The notes: a model not told the origin generated them from the letters alone. Positions 36,301-48,829 are shown, numbered from the stretch's first letter. The stretch: DNA of 64,000 nt from Pristiophorus japonicus (GCF_044704955.1 NC_091990.1:179800001-179864000); one strand, 5' to 3'. Numbers and translations are program-made.

Positions 36301-37530
36301 TATATTAGCCTGGTTACAGGCTTTCTGCACATTCTGGCTAAATGGCCAGTGAGGTTACAATTTCTGCAGGCGAACTGTTGAAACTTGCAAGTCCTGACAG
36401 CATGTCTGTCCCCACACCTCCAGCATGAACTGAGATTCCCATTGTTGTGAACAAAAGGGCTGTTGCAAGGCATTCCTCGCTGATTGTCCCTTTGACTGCT
36501 CTGGAGCACCCTGTTAGTGGGTGTCAATGGCCCCATCCCGGGCCGCATTGTCCACTGGGGTGGCGTAAATGTCTGTTCAGCCTGCCATTGTCTGTGTTGG
36601 AGACTTACTCTTGGGTCTGTTGCTGCCTGGGGTGTCTTGAACTGCCCTTGCCTGCCTGCGGGGCTCTGTGTCGCATTTATGATATTAACTCCCTGATCCA
36701 TCGCCACGTTGGAGGCAGAATTGCGCGCGTATATTATCTTGGTTTCCTCCTCCCCCGCCATAACTGTCTGAGTCATCAACGCCGCTGTTTCCAAGGTCAA
36801 GTCCTTGGTCTCAATTAGCTTTCTGAAAATCCCAGCATGACCGATGCCCTCAATAAAGAAATCCCTTAGCATCTCCCCCCTGCAGGCGTCTGTGAACTTA
36901 CAGAGGCTGGCTAAGCGCCGGAGGTCCGCAACGAAATCCGGTATGCTCTGTCCTCCCCGACGTCGGTGTGTATAGAATCTGTGTCGGGCCATGTGTACGC
37001 TGCTCGCCGGTTTGAGGTGCGCACCGATTAGTTTGCTGAGCTCTTCGAAGGTTTTGTCCGCCGGCTTCTCGGGTGCTAGCATGAGCGCCTAAGTCTTAGG
37101 TCCACAGCTGGTCAGCAGATGAGCCCTTCGCTTGTCGGCCGCTGCGTCTCCCAGCCAGTCCTTCGTGACAAAACTCTGCTGGAGCCTCTCAATGAAATCG
37201 TCCCGGTCCTCACCAACACAGTATCATTCATCTGTGCTGCCGGTGGCCATTCTCGTGGGTCGTTGATTCCCGTTTCTCGTCGCCAATGTAAAGTCCTTAC
37301 ACAATACCACAAATCCACACAAGGCACATTCTATGGACAAGGTCACTCCATGACCTGAACCTTTATTCACAGGACCAAGAAGTGATGACCCTGCGTGGGG
37401 CCTCCCTTTATATACCTGGGTGACCAGGTGAGAAGTGTCTCCCACAAGTTCACCCCCTGTGGTCAAGGTGTGCATTTCTTACGTATATACAGTATTACAG
37501 TGTTGTTACATAAAGGTTACATACTTGACA
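33395..37530 (-). mobile_element. Gypsy LTR retrotransposon (Mag-like), degenerate, 3' LTR partly deleted
   Basis: 5' LTR TG..CA 37287-37530; PBS tggcgacgag 37276-37285; PPT gagggggaggtga 33526-33538; partial 3' LTR 33395-33525; domain order Gag-PR-RT-RH-IN. Confidence 0.95.
34024..37250 (-). pseudogene. Disrupted gag-pol polyprotein of the Gypsy element
   Basis: ATG at 37250; two Zn knuckles (CWRCGDRHAVRTC, CRNCNLTGHLARMC); protease LDTGA; RT (KLDL..AY, PFGI, FQDD); truncated RNase H; integrase (HVDYAGP, SDNGP, NGQVER); stops, frameshifts and deletions. Confidence 0.92.
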
Positions 37531-37539
37531 CTGCCTATT

Positions 37540-38030
37540 ATGATTAATGTAGTAAAACATCCTAAAGCACTTCATCAGAGCATTATCAAACAAAATTTGA
37601 CACCGAGCCACATAAGGAGATAGTAGGACAAGTGACCAAAAGCTTGGTCTAAGATGTCGGTTTTAAGGATCTGGAGGCAGAGCAGCTTAGGGAAGGAATT
37701 CCAGAGCCTAGCTGAAGGCACAGCCACCAATCGTGGAGCGATTAAAATTGGGGATGCGCAAGAGGCCAGAATTGGAGGGCGCAGAGATCTCGGAGGGATG
37801 TAGAACTGGAGGAGGTTACATAGATAGGAAAGGGCGAGGCTAAGAAAGGATTTGAAAGCAAGAATGAGAATTTTCAAATCAAGGCATTGCTGGACCGGAA
37901 GACAATGTAAGCAAGTGAGCATAGAGGTGATGGGAAAACAGGACTTGGTGCACATTATGATACGGGCAGCAGAGTTTTGGATGAGTTCAAGTTGCTGGAG
38001 GATGGAAGATGGGATGCTGGCCAGGAATGC
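37540..38030 (-). mobile_element. L2-type LINE 3' end
   Basis: Minus-strand ITSMLTCLHCLPVQQCLDLKILIL..F; RLWNSFP; colinear with the reverse complement of 50330-50830. Confidence 0.8.
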
Positions 38031-38079
38031 AAGTTGATAAAATTATAAAAAATTAATTTGGGACCCTTGTTTTATAAAT

Positions 38080-38670
38080 ATGATCATAGAATTTAAAAAT
38101 TAAAGAAGAAATACTTAAGCTATAAAAACCATTGGTTAGGCTGCAGTTAAAATAATGTGTCCAGTTCCCTACTTTAGGTAGGATGTCAAGACCATGGAGA
38201 GGAGATAGAAAGTTTACCAAGGTGATATCAGGGGTGAGAGCCTTTAATTATGAGGATGGACCAGGAAAGCAGGCTCATTTCACTAAAAGGAGAAGGTTAA
38301 TAGAAGATTTGATAGAGATGTTCAAAATCATGAAGGGTTTGATGAGGTAAATTGGGTAAAACTATTTCCACTAGTACTTGAATCAGTAAGTTGAGGTCAT
38401 ACTTTTAAGATCATCACCAAAAGCGCAAACTGAGGGGTTAGACTTTTTTTTACACAGAGGGTTGATAGGATGTGCAATGCCCTACCAAATACAGTGGTGA
38501 AAGCAGAATCCATAATAACTTTTAAAAGGGAAGAGGATAAACATTTGGCAAATAATAAAAGGGTATGGGAAAATGCAGAGGAATGGGACGAACTGCATAG
38601 CTCTTTCAGAGAGCCAGCACAAATGGAACTAGTTAAATGACCTCCTTCTGTGCTGTGAATTTTTTAGACT
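38080..38670 (+). mobile_element. Old CR1 3' portion
   Basis: Degenerate LYK.LVR.QL..CVQF, DLIEMFKIMKG and FFTQRV..MCNALP motifs plus CR1 3' end. Confidence 0.7.
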
Positions 38671-38699
38671 TTCAGACCAAAATGAATCATTTTGCGCTT

Positions 38700-38975
38700 G
38701 CAGCCAAGAACCACAGTATCCATCAGTCTGAAGAAGATTGAGGCTTATTTCAGTCAGAACCGAGTACACAACCATCATTGTTCATTGAGGAAACACAGCT
38801 GGGTTCAGTCCAACTGTTTACCTCCCTGGGCAGAATACCATCACCAGATGCACATCTGGATAAAGAAATGTTTCATCAAGCAAGGAAGATCTGCTCTACT
38901 TTGGTTGTATGAAGAAAATGTATGGGATGAACATGGACTGAAAACCAAGATTAAAGCATTTAAAGCATAGAGGAC
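38700..38975 (+). mobile_element. Very old RTE fragment
   Basis: Degenerate ISLKKIE...ENVWDEHGLKTKIKAFKA resembles RTE (KRVFEDQ..KT.TKL.VYRA). Confidence 0.4.
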
Positions 38976-39098
38976 AGTTCATGGATTGTTAGGCCGCATC
39001 GGAAAGGAACCCGATGGAATCCAGTGAGCAGTCTTACACAAACCAGGACCAGTTCACGAATTCTATTCACTTAGTTGGGTGCCACTTTGAGAGACAGT

Positions 39099-39223
39099 GG
39101 GGTAGATTTCCGTCTTCACTGTTTGGGCAATAATCTGGAATGAAAATCAGGCGGACTCTATAAAAGGCATGCTATTTGCCCTGCCAGATTACTGTTCGGG
39201 CCATGAAGATGAAAATCTATCCC
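39099..39223. mobile_element. 125-bp MITE, PIF/Harbinger-type
   Basis: 20-bp TIRs ggggtagatttccgtcttca / tgaagatgaaaatctatccc (17/20) and an exact 3-bp TSD AGT. Confidence 0.8.
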
Positions 39224-40324
39224 AGTGTGTTGAAGCTGCGCGGGAGAAAAGAAGAAAAAAGAATTGAAAGAGGCGGGCGAAACTGTCGATCGGACTACAT
39301 CAGTCAATTCTGCTGTGACATGTACTAAAGGGTGGCTGCATCTATGTCTCATGCTTCAGAATAGTGTGCCATGCAAAAGCTCATGAGAGGATGCATACCA
39401 CCTCAATGTCCCAAGGAATACCTGATCAAGATGGCAGCAGTATTCCAACAGACAGCTGACCCGTGCTGGTATATATAGTTCTAGTTTATTCAGAAGGTTA
39501 TGGGTTACCATTAAATGGCCATTTCTTGTTTCGTGTCACCTCATTTATTGTCACTTCCTGTTTATACCCACTTTGTTATAAAATCCTAATTCTTTTTATT
39601 AGCTGCTCCAGTTTTTAAAATCCCTTCACTCCATTTCACAATATTTTGGTGCCCCCGTGCCATAAATTATTCTCCAACTTTGTGAGCAGGTCAAAAGATA
39701 TGCTTCAAGAGCCCTGCTAATGCCATTCTTGATCAAGCAAGCCAGGGTGACTTGTATCTTTGTTTTCCCTCTGCTTGGCCCCTCATTTCTGATGGCACTT
39801 ACAAGACAAGAAACTTACTGTGTAAGAGCCGGCAGATTTGAACTGATGTTCTTGTTGGACGGCCCCATTCATTTTGGATTGTGCAGTATTAATTATCATT
39901 GTCACAATTCCTGTGCATGTATTATTCCCATTGTGTTTTCTTGACTGTCAATAGGAGATGATCGTTGCTCCCTCTGAAGAAGCAGCCTAATCAGAATCTC
40001 CTCCAAGCTGTAGGTCTGAAGCAGTAACTGGAAAAATTGGCTGACTGACTTTATTGTGATTTTATTGTAAAATGGTTCATCTTCAATTATTCTCTGAGGA
40101 AAACTACATCATGTTGGAGAAAGACACTGTGGTTGTCACTATCGTGCATTCCTTTGCTGCAAAATGTTATATATTGATCCCATGCACTATGATTAATTGG
40201 TTGTCTGGCTAAGAGGATTTTCACACCAGTAAACATATTTTATACCCAGAAAATATGCATCATATCGGTTAAGGTGCACTGCTGCCAGTATCTCAATAGT
40301 TAGCTACACAAAATCATTACTGTA

Positions 40325-40670
40325 CAACAACAACTTATACATCACCCTTAGAAAACGTCCAAGGCGCTCCCTGAAGGCATAAGGAAAATAAAAAGGACAC
40401 TGAGCCAAGGAAGGAGGAGTGACTAAAAGCTTGGTCAAAACGATGTCTTTGAAGGAGGGTCTTAAAGGAAGAGAGGGAGGCAGAGGGGCTTTGGGAGAGA
40501 TTCCCAGAGCGTGGCACAGCCATCAATGATGGGGAGTAGGGAGAGGGGGAGGTGTGCAGAAGCCAGAGTCAAAAGAATTGCAGTGCTGGAGAGTTTACAA
40601 AGCTAGGGTCCACAGAGGGATTTAAACGCAGGATGAGAATTTTAAAATTGGAGGGGTGGGGGACCAGGTA
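40325..40670 (-). mobile_element. L2-type LINE 3' end, degenerate
   Basis: (CAA)n tail, aaaagcttggtcaaa, gtcttaaagga; same family as 37540-38030. Confidence 0.7.
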
Positions 40671-41854
40671 ATTCTAATAGCGCCAACCTGGGCAATATAT
40701 CGCTGAGTGTTATTCTCTTCCTCCAAATCAAGCTGGTGTTGAGTCCAAAAGTGGGGGCTCTTGTTGATTGTCTCCTCCACAACCCAAGAGCCCCGAGCTA
40801 ATTGTGGTACTTATACTGCTACCCTGGCTGAGATCAAACTCATTCATCATAGGTTAAGAATTGAACCTGGGACCTGATGGCCTCTGTGGTTCACTCACTT
40901 TCATCACTGATCCAGCGGTTGAGCCTTGGCAGTTGTGTCTATTTGCCTCTTTTCCCTCGCTCACCAAAAGATGCAGCAAGAGGAGTGCAGTGCTAAAGCT
41001 CCTTCAACAGGCTCACCATCTTGATATTGCAAATGTGCCTTTCCACTTGCACCTTGCTGTCATTTTTCTGACAGTACTTGGTACAGTGATGCCAACACTA
41101 CTGGGTCTGCCCTTGTCATTGTGGCTGGTAATTGGATCGTGGACTACTCTAAGAGCATTTTATATCCAATTTCATTCTGAAGAAAAGAAAATCTTGAAAG
41201 ATAAATCTTGATGCACTTATTTAGTTGCCCTGATGGAGAACTGGATCAGCTGAATTCAGTCTGTGTAAATGGGCGATGCAGTTCCTATTCGCTGCTGTTT
41301 TGGTAACTGGGACCTTTAGTGAGTCTGAAAGAGCCTTAAGTGCTTATGACCACAGTAATGAATGAAAATGGCTCCAGAGCACTCCATTAGTTTGAATTGT
41401 CACCTTAGAAATAAAGTGCTACTAGCAAAAGGGGGAGGAAGATCCAGTAAGTAAGAACTGTGTGCAGTATTTACTGTACAATGCTCATGTATTATTTATG
41501 AGGAGAGATCTAGCTGGAGCTTGTCCCAATTACAAAAAAATAATTTTAAAGTTTTAAAGCTACAATATTTTACAGGAAAAATGTCAAGATGTTCCCAGTT
41601 CTCATTTAGGACAGTATTTATTCTCTGCATGTTATGGACGTTTTTTCTTCCACAGTTCCCAAAGGTGATATTTCACACCAGTAACAACAAAACCATTTTG
41701 TACATGTGCGAAGTATCACCTAATGGGTCACAGCATGCTCAGCGTTCCAGGGAATATGGCCGTCTCTCTCAGAGATGAGACTGGTCCTAGAATAAAAACA
41801 ATGTTGAACAGTGTGTTCCAACTGATGTTTCTTTTAAATTGAGAAACGCAGGTG

Positions 41855-42170
41855 GAAGTTAAGAAGCATAGTGCAGGGCACTATCATGGTTCCAAAGATC
41901 AAGAAACACAAAGAGTTGAGTTAAGAAGTCATGGCTGGGGATGACAAGCTTGAGGTAGATTACAAGAGGAAGTAAAGTCATGAGTTCCATAGTCTTGAGA
42001 TCTAGGAAAGTGAGTGCAGAGGATGAGACAGTGCAATTGATGAATCTGTATTTCAATACATTCAGGATGTAGAGCAGTAAAAGTATAGGAGGCTAGGAGG
42101 GACAAGAGAAGAAAGTTCTGAGGAGCAATAACCATACAGAAACATGAGAAAGACTGCAATAGCGAGAGAG
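41855..42170 (-). mobile_element. Old LINE 3' remnant, same family as 54520-55015(+)
   Basis: Shared reverse-complement segments (attgcagtctt..; tcaagactatggaact / tcaaaactatggaatt; accatgatagtgccctgcact / accatagtggtgtcctgcact). Confidence 0.45.
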
Positions 42171-42577
42171 CAGCTGAAATTGAAGTTTAACACAAGATAT
42201 AGGCCATCAAAACTGAAGTCAAAGAACCTCGAGATGCCAATCCCTCACTCTCTATTGTTTTCATTCTCGCCTTTGTTTATATTATCATTAGATATCGGTG
42301 TGCCAGCATATTTTCATTGCTGATGACTCAACCAAATAGCACCATATTCTGAGTATAGTGTAGAATCATCCACTTGATGTGTAAAATTTGATTTCCATTC
42401 AATTAGCACAATGCAAGCTCTGTTCCTCACTTAGCCTGGCCAATTATAGCACCTGCACAGACAGCCTGGTCTGGCTGAGATTGGCCAACTTAGCACAATT
42501 GAAGAATTGAGCCCGAGAGTTTATAGTGCCACAACTTGCAGTGCTCTGAGCAATTTGGTAGCTTCCAAGTAGATATT

Positions 42578-44594
42578 GGGCCTAAGTTTGCAGTCTCGCC
42601 GGGTGCGTATGAAGTGCACATGCACCCGTCAAGGCCTCTCAAAAGCTAGTTCTCAGCGTGTGATGCGCCAAGAACTGGCTTTTCTGATCTGTTAAAATTT
42701 CTTTAGACAGATTCTACGCATCCCCGCAGGAAGGACATCCGCGGGGCAGAGATTGGGCTCTTTGCCCAACTCTTGCTCAACAAATGTCCTTCAAACTTTC
42801 ACACTTGGTAAAAGCATGTTACCAGCGTAACATTTTTAAAACATAGAAAAATTAAATTTAATCATTCATTTTTATATTAAAGACCCTGTCCATTAAGTAA
42901 GTTTATTTTTAACCCTATTAAAAAAAAATTCCCCCAAATAGATATTTTTTCTAAAACATTTAATTACATTTAATCTCAATTAATTCTAAATGTGTGAGTT
43001 TTTTTAAAATTTATTGTGCTGTGTTTCTTGTTTTGGGGGATATTCTCATTGATAGTAATGGGAACTTGCACAAACAGAGTTACCATTATTATTAATGAGA
43101 GTTGTAGATCGTGATTGGTGGTCCAGACCCATGTGATTCCAGCATACGCGTTCGTACGTGGAAACATAGAAACATAGAAACATAGAAAATAGGTGCAGGA
43201 GTAGGCCATTCGGCCCTTCTAGCCTGCACCGCCATTCAATGAGTTCATGGCTGAACATGCAACTTCAGTACCCCATTCCTGCTTTCTCACCATACCCCTT
43301 GATTCCCCTAGTAGTAAGGACTTCATCTAACTCCTTTTTGAATATATTTAGTGAACAACTTTCTGTGGTAGAGAATTCCACAGGTTCACCACTCTCTGGG
43401 TGAAGAAATTCCTCCTCATCTCGGTCCTAAATGGCTTACCCCTTATCCTTAGACTGTGTCCCCTGGTTCTGGACTTCCCCAACATCGGGAACATTCTTTC
43501 TGCATCTAACCTGTCTAACCCCGTCAGAATTTTAAACGTTTCCATGAGGTCCCCTCTGATTCTTCTGAACTCCAGTGAATACAAGCCCAGTTGATCCAGT
43601 CTTTCTTGATAGGTCAGTCCCGCCATCCCGGGAATCAGTCTGGTGAACCTTCGCTGCACTCCCTCAATAGCAAAAATGTCCTTCCTCAGGTTAGGAGACC
43701 AAAACTGTACACAATACTCCAGGTGTGGCCTCACCAAGGCCCTGTACAATTGTAGCAACACCTTCCTGCCCCTGTACTCAAATCCCCTCGCTATGAAGGC
43801 CAACATGCCATTTGCTTTCTTAACCGCCTGCTGTACCTGCATGCCAACCTTCAATGACTGATGTACCATGACACCCAGGTCTCTTTGCACCTCCCCTTTT
43901 CCTAATCTGTCACCATTCAGATAATAGTCTGTCTCTCTGTTTTTACCACCAAAGTGGATAACCTCACATTTATCCACATTATACTTCATCTGCCATGCAT
44001 TTGCCCACTCACCTAACCTATCCAAGTCGCTCTGCAGCCTCATAGCATCCTCCTCGCAGCTCACACTGCCACCCAACTTAGTGTCATCCACAAATTTGGA
44101 GATACTACATTTAATCCCCTCGTCTAAATCATTAATGTACAGTGTAAACAGCTGGGGCCCCAGCACAGAACCTTGCGGTACCCCACTAGTCACTGCCTGC
44201 CATTCTGAAAAGTCCCCATTTATTCCTACTCTTTGCTTCCTGTCTGACAACCAGTTCTCAATCCACATCAGCACACTACTCCCAATCCCATGTGCTTTAA
44301 CTTTGCACATTAATCTCTTGTGTGGGACCTTGTCGAAAGCCTTCTGAAAGTCCAAATATACCACATCAACTGGTTCTCCCTTGTCCACTCTACTGGAAAC
44401 ATCCTCAAAAAATTCCAGAAGATTTGTCAAGCATGATTGACAAATGATGGAAGACATCTTCCTGTGCGCTGCGCAGCGAATGAAGGCCTCAGACTCATCC
44501 TACGTTCCTCCGGGACCAACAGATATTTTTCTAGATTTTTTTCCGGATCAGCGGCGTTCATACGAAGGATGCCTCCAACCGCAATTTCCGGCCC
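42578..44594. mobile_element. Non-autonomous Harbinger-type DNA transposon interrupted by a CR1
   Basis: Imperfect TIRs gggcctaagtttgc (42578) / gcaatttccggccc (44581-44594); flanks att/agt. Confidence 0.6.
43161..44438 (-). mobile_element. CR1 LINE, young subfamily, RT ORF nearly intact
   Basis: ORF 43348..44457(-), 369 aa RT ([19 protein letters not shown]); (TTTCTATG)n tail. Confidence 0.96.
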
Positions 44595-45755
44595 AGTTGC
44601 GTACTTAAAATAGAGAAAGTGGAACTTAGGGATAGACACTAACAACTAGAGAGATAGAGCGGCACCTAACAAAGTTCTGTAATATGGTGAGAAAACTACT
44701 TTTAATATAGAAGGGATTTTATATAGCTCAGCAAGATGTCCCACTTCCCCTGGCAAATTTTTTTTCATTGCATAAATTGATATTCCTTCCTCCTGTTTAG
44801 CAGTGGTGATGGAGGGGAGAGGAGAACATTTTACAGCTGAAATAATCTGGATTCAAATCTATTTTGCAGAAACTTCTACTGTGGACAAGGATACTGTGGT
44901 TAGGGGGGTGGAAATGTCTTGGCAACATTAACTCAGGCTTGCCCTGAGATACTGTAGTTCAACTACCCCCATACCTCACCATATGCAGTTTAGTATCTTT
45001 CTCAAGCCTGCAGGAAAATCATGTTGGCTTAGGAACTGATGACTTTGAATTCTCTGGCTGATATTGTACGCAGTTCAGATGCTGTCTTTAAATCCATATG
45101 TTGTTATTTTTCAAACTGTTTGCATTTTAACTAGGCTTAATTTGCAGCATTTACATCTTGGATAAACTAAAAAAAGACAACTGTTCTGATTGTAGAGAAA
45201 TGCCAGGGAAGTGGATGCTTTTGCATAATTGTTGGATCCACTAATGATCAATCAAGTATAAAGGGGATAATAGGTTTTAACATTCTAATTATTGTTACTC
45301 CCTATTGTTCAGAAGATTTCCCACCTAGCTGCGGGATGGTCTGGTTGATTTTTGTTCTGTAACTCATATTTATTGATGCTGATTTTACTCTAGACTCTAA
45401 TCCCCCTCTCTCTCTCTATTGTAGTAATTCTCATCTTCGTATATTTTATCATTAGATTTCAGTGCTAGCATTTTTTCATTGCTAATGAATCAATTAAATG
45501 GCACCAAGTCTTGAGTGCAATGTAGAATCGTCCACCTCACTATACTCACTGATCCCAACGAGCGTTACAAATCTCATCCAAGGCCAATTTTTGCATGAGT
45601 TTGCCAGTCTTAACTCAAATAGTCACTGAAATAGATTTTAGTTCAATGAATCCAATACACTACTTCCAATGGAAGCAAGGTCCATTATGGGTGATTAAAA
45701 ACAGAAAATTCTGGAAATCTCAGCAGGTCTGGCAGCATTTGTGGAGAGGAAGCAG

Positions 45756-45792
45756 AGTTAACGTTTCGGCTAGGCGACCCTTCGTCAGAACT
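45756..45792 (-). ncRNA. Minimal type I hammerhead ribozyme motif (left pLTR)
   Basis: Minus strand AGTT-CTGACGA-AGGGTCGCCTAGCC-GAAA-CG-TT-AACT; stem II weakened. Confidence 0.7.
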
Positions 45793-47460
45793 GGAGAGTG
45801 TTCGAAAAGAACAGATTCTTAACGAGCACTGAAAGGGGGAGGGGAAGAAAGAACAAAAGGGAAGGTCTGTGATAGGTTGGAAGACAGGAGAGATTCGAGA
45901 GATAAAACGGATGATGGCTCGAATTCAAATGGTAATGCCAGGAATTAGAAAAACATTAGTCAAGATAGGGTGTGAATGGCAGAATAATGATCAGCTGCCT
46001 TTAACTCCACTCACTTCCTCCAAATTAAAGGTATTGCTATGGGAACCCGCATGGATCCTAGCTATGCCTGCCTTTTCGTGGGATATGTAGAACATTCTTT
46101 GTTCCAGTCCTACTTTGGTTCCCTCCCTCACCTCTTTTTCTGGTACATTGATGACTGTATCGGCGTCCTGAACTTGAAAATTTCATTCACTTTGCATCCA
46201 ATTTCCACCCTTCCCTCACCTTCACGTGGTCCATCTCTGACTCTTCCCTTCTCTTCGTCTCCATCTCTGGGATAGGCTTTCGACCAGTATCCACTATAAG
46301 CCCACTGACTCCCACAGCTATCTGGACTATACTTCCTCCCACCCGCATCCTGTAAGGACTCCATTGCATTCTCCAAGTTTCTCTGTCTCTGTCGCATCTG
46401 CTCTGACGATGCCACCTTTCACACTAGTGTCTCTGACATGTTTTCCTTTTTCCTCAACAGAGAATTCCCCTCCATCGTGGTTAACATGGCTCTCGACCGT
46501 GTCCGTTCTATTCCCACACCTCTGCACTCAACTCTTCCCCTCTCTCTCAGAACCATGACAGAGTTCCCCTTGTCCTCACCTTTCACCCCACCAGTCTCCA
46601 ATTTCAACGGATCATCCTCCGCCATTTCTGCCACCTCCAGCGTGATTCTACCACCAATCACATCTTCCCCTCCCCTCCCCTCTCATTCTGAAGGGACCGC
46701 TCCCTCGTGACACCCCGGTCCATTCTGCAGTCACTCCCAGCACCCCCGCCCCTTCCCACGGCACCTTCCTGTGTAAGCGTAGGAGATGCAACACCTGCCC
46801 TTTTACCTCCTCCCTTCCCACTATCCAGGCTCCCAAATACTCCTTCCAGGTGAATCAGCGATTTACTTGTACTTCTTTCAATTTAGACTACTGTATTCGC
46901 TGCTCACGATGTGGTCTCCTCTTACATTGGGGAGACCAAGCGTAGATTGGGTAACCACTTTGCAGAGCACCTCCATTCAGTCCGCAAGTGTGACCCTGAG
47001 CTTCTGGTCACCGGTCACCTCCACTCCACTCCCACTCTGACCTCTCCGTCGTCCTCAGTCTCCTACACTGTTCCAATGAAGCTCGAGGAACAGCAGCTTA
47101 TCTTTCGTTGAGGTACTTTACAGCCTTCTGGACTCAACATCGAGGTCAACAATTTCAGAACGTAACCTCTGCCAATCTTTGTTTCCCTTCCTCCCTCCGC
47201 ACCCCACCCCCCCCCACCCCCCCCCCCCCGCCGCTGCCGAGCCTGTTTCTTTTTTTCTTCTTGTCTCTAATGGCAGCTGGTCATTATTCTGCAATTCATA
47301 CCCTATCTTGACTAATGTTTTTTCTAATTCATGTCATTGCCATTTGAATTCAGCCCATCATCACTTTTGTCTCTCTAATCTCTCCTGCCTTCCCTTTTGT
47401 TCTTTCTTCCCCTCCCCCTTTCAGTGCTTGTTTAGAACGTGTTCTTTGCGAACACTCTCC

Positions 47461-47497
47461 AGTTCTGACGAAGGCTCATCGACCCGAAACGTTAACT
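47461..47497 (+). ncRNA. Minimal type I hammerhead ribozyme motif (right pLTR)
   Basis: AGTT-CTGACGA-AGGCTCATCGACCC-GAAA-CG-TT-AACT: CUGANGA and GAAA core, stem I AGTT/AACT, palindromic ACGT stem III, predicted cleavage after 47493. Confidence 0.8.
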
Positions 47498-48829
47498 CTG
47501 CTTCCTCTCCACAGATGCTGCCTGACCCGCTGAGATTTCCAGCATTTTCTGTTTTTATTCCAGATTCCAGCATCTGCAGTATTTTGCTTTTGTATCAGTT
47601 ATGGTTGACACTACATGGGGAGTGATGCGATGTCCTGGTACATGGACGCCACAATGTGGCAATGTGATGGGAAAACAGTGGTGGAGATCCCCGAGTATTG
47701 ATCGCTCATAGTCATGTTGTGTTATTCTTGATCCTCATAATTGAAGACTCCCTTCAGCAAACTGTGCCAGATTTGATTTGAATGCAGATACGATCAAAGT
47801 TCACAGCTTTGAAGAGAGTATGTTTGAATCAAACCACATATAGTAGCTGAAGGTTTAACTGTAGAGTGAATTTAATGTGTTTCTATAATGAGATTCTGAA
47901 GGAATGGATTTTACTGCTGTTTGAATCTCAGGCACATCCACCATAATTTTTTTATTGGTAGTCAGACAGTTCAGTTGTTAATTGTATAATTGTTTTGACT
48001 ACAACCTTAGCTTCAAAACTCTTATTGAACATTTTTGGCCTTTCTGTGAGAATTTCCTCTTTGTAGTTGGACAATCTGATCAGTGTTAATGAATAATGTG
48101 AGGCTAGGCTCTCAAAGATGAGCCTAGGCTCGCAAAAGTATTACAAGTTTGAAAATGAATCTTTTGGAATTGGATAGTTTACGTAAGTAAAGCAATTGGT
48201 AAAATAAATGCTATCAAGAAAATGGTGACGAAACATTGGATCGTTTTGAACAAGTCTTCTTGAGTTAAATCCAGATTCACTCCAAAGTAGAAATTCTGTA
48301 TGTGATTCTGAACTTTACAAGGTACCACATACAACTGAATCCCTTTTGGATGCAACCTGCCCCTTTAAGAGAAAGCCGTTTAAATATACATCTTTATTAG
48401 ACCATGGTTCTAACCCGTGGAACTGTGGTTGAAAATCATATACCACAGATGAGTCGCTCAACCCACAATAAAAAAAAGACTCCTGATATAAATAGAACAG
48501 ATGGCTGCCAGCTGTGGAATATGACTGCTATAGCACTCGCGAACACGACCAATGTAACCAACAAGCAGTGCTCTGGTTCACGTGGTATCGAATCTTATAC
48601 CACAGTCGGCAGCCATGCACCCCTCGTTAGCCTCTTCAGTTATTCCTTCTTTTTAATTATAAGTGGTGCTATTTTCAAAGTATGAGGAAAGGCGGGTACA
48701 TCAAAGGCCATTCTCTGATAAATTTGAAGAGGAGGGCAATCCATGTCCTACTCGTGCTTTGTCTACAATCGTAAAAAGATTGCAACTGAAAAATCATATC
48801 TGTTCAAAATGGCTGTCTAAGAAACTGCC

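Larger units (their letters stand above)
45696..47591 (+). mobile_element. Penelope-like element (RT + GIY-YIG) with an inverted pLTR at its 5' end
   Basis: GIAMGTRMDPSYACLFVGYVE and FFWYIDD RT motifs (46030-46160); GIY-YIG remnant YCIRCSRCG...YIGETKRRLGNHFAEHL (46888-46980); 45696-45999 is the reverse complement of 47272-47557; the right copy has an extra ~35-nt tail. Confidence 0.92.

Noticed and set aside
42322-42352. TGATGA...CTGA as a C/D box snoRNA
   Set aside because: Boxes are only ~25 nt apart and not preserved in the second copy at 45480-45515
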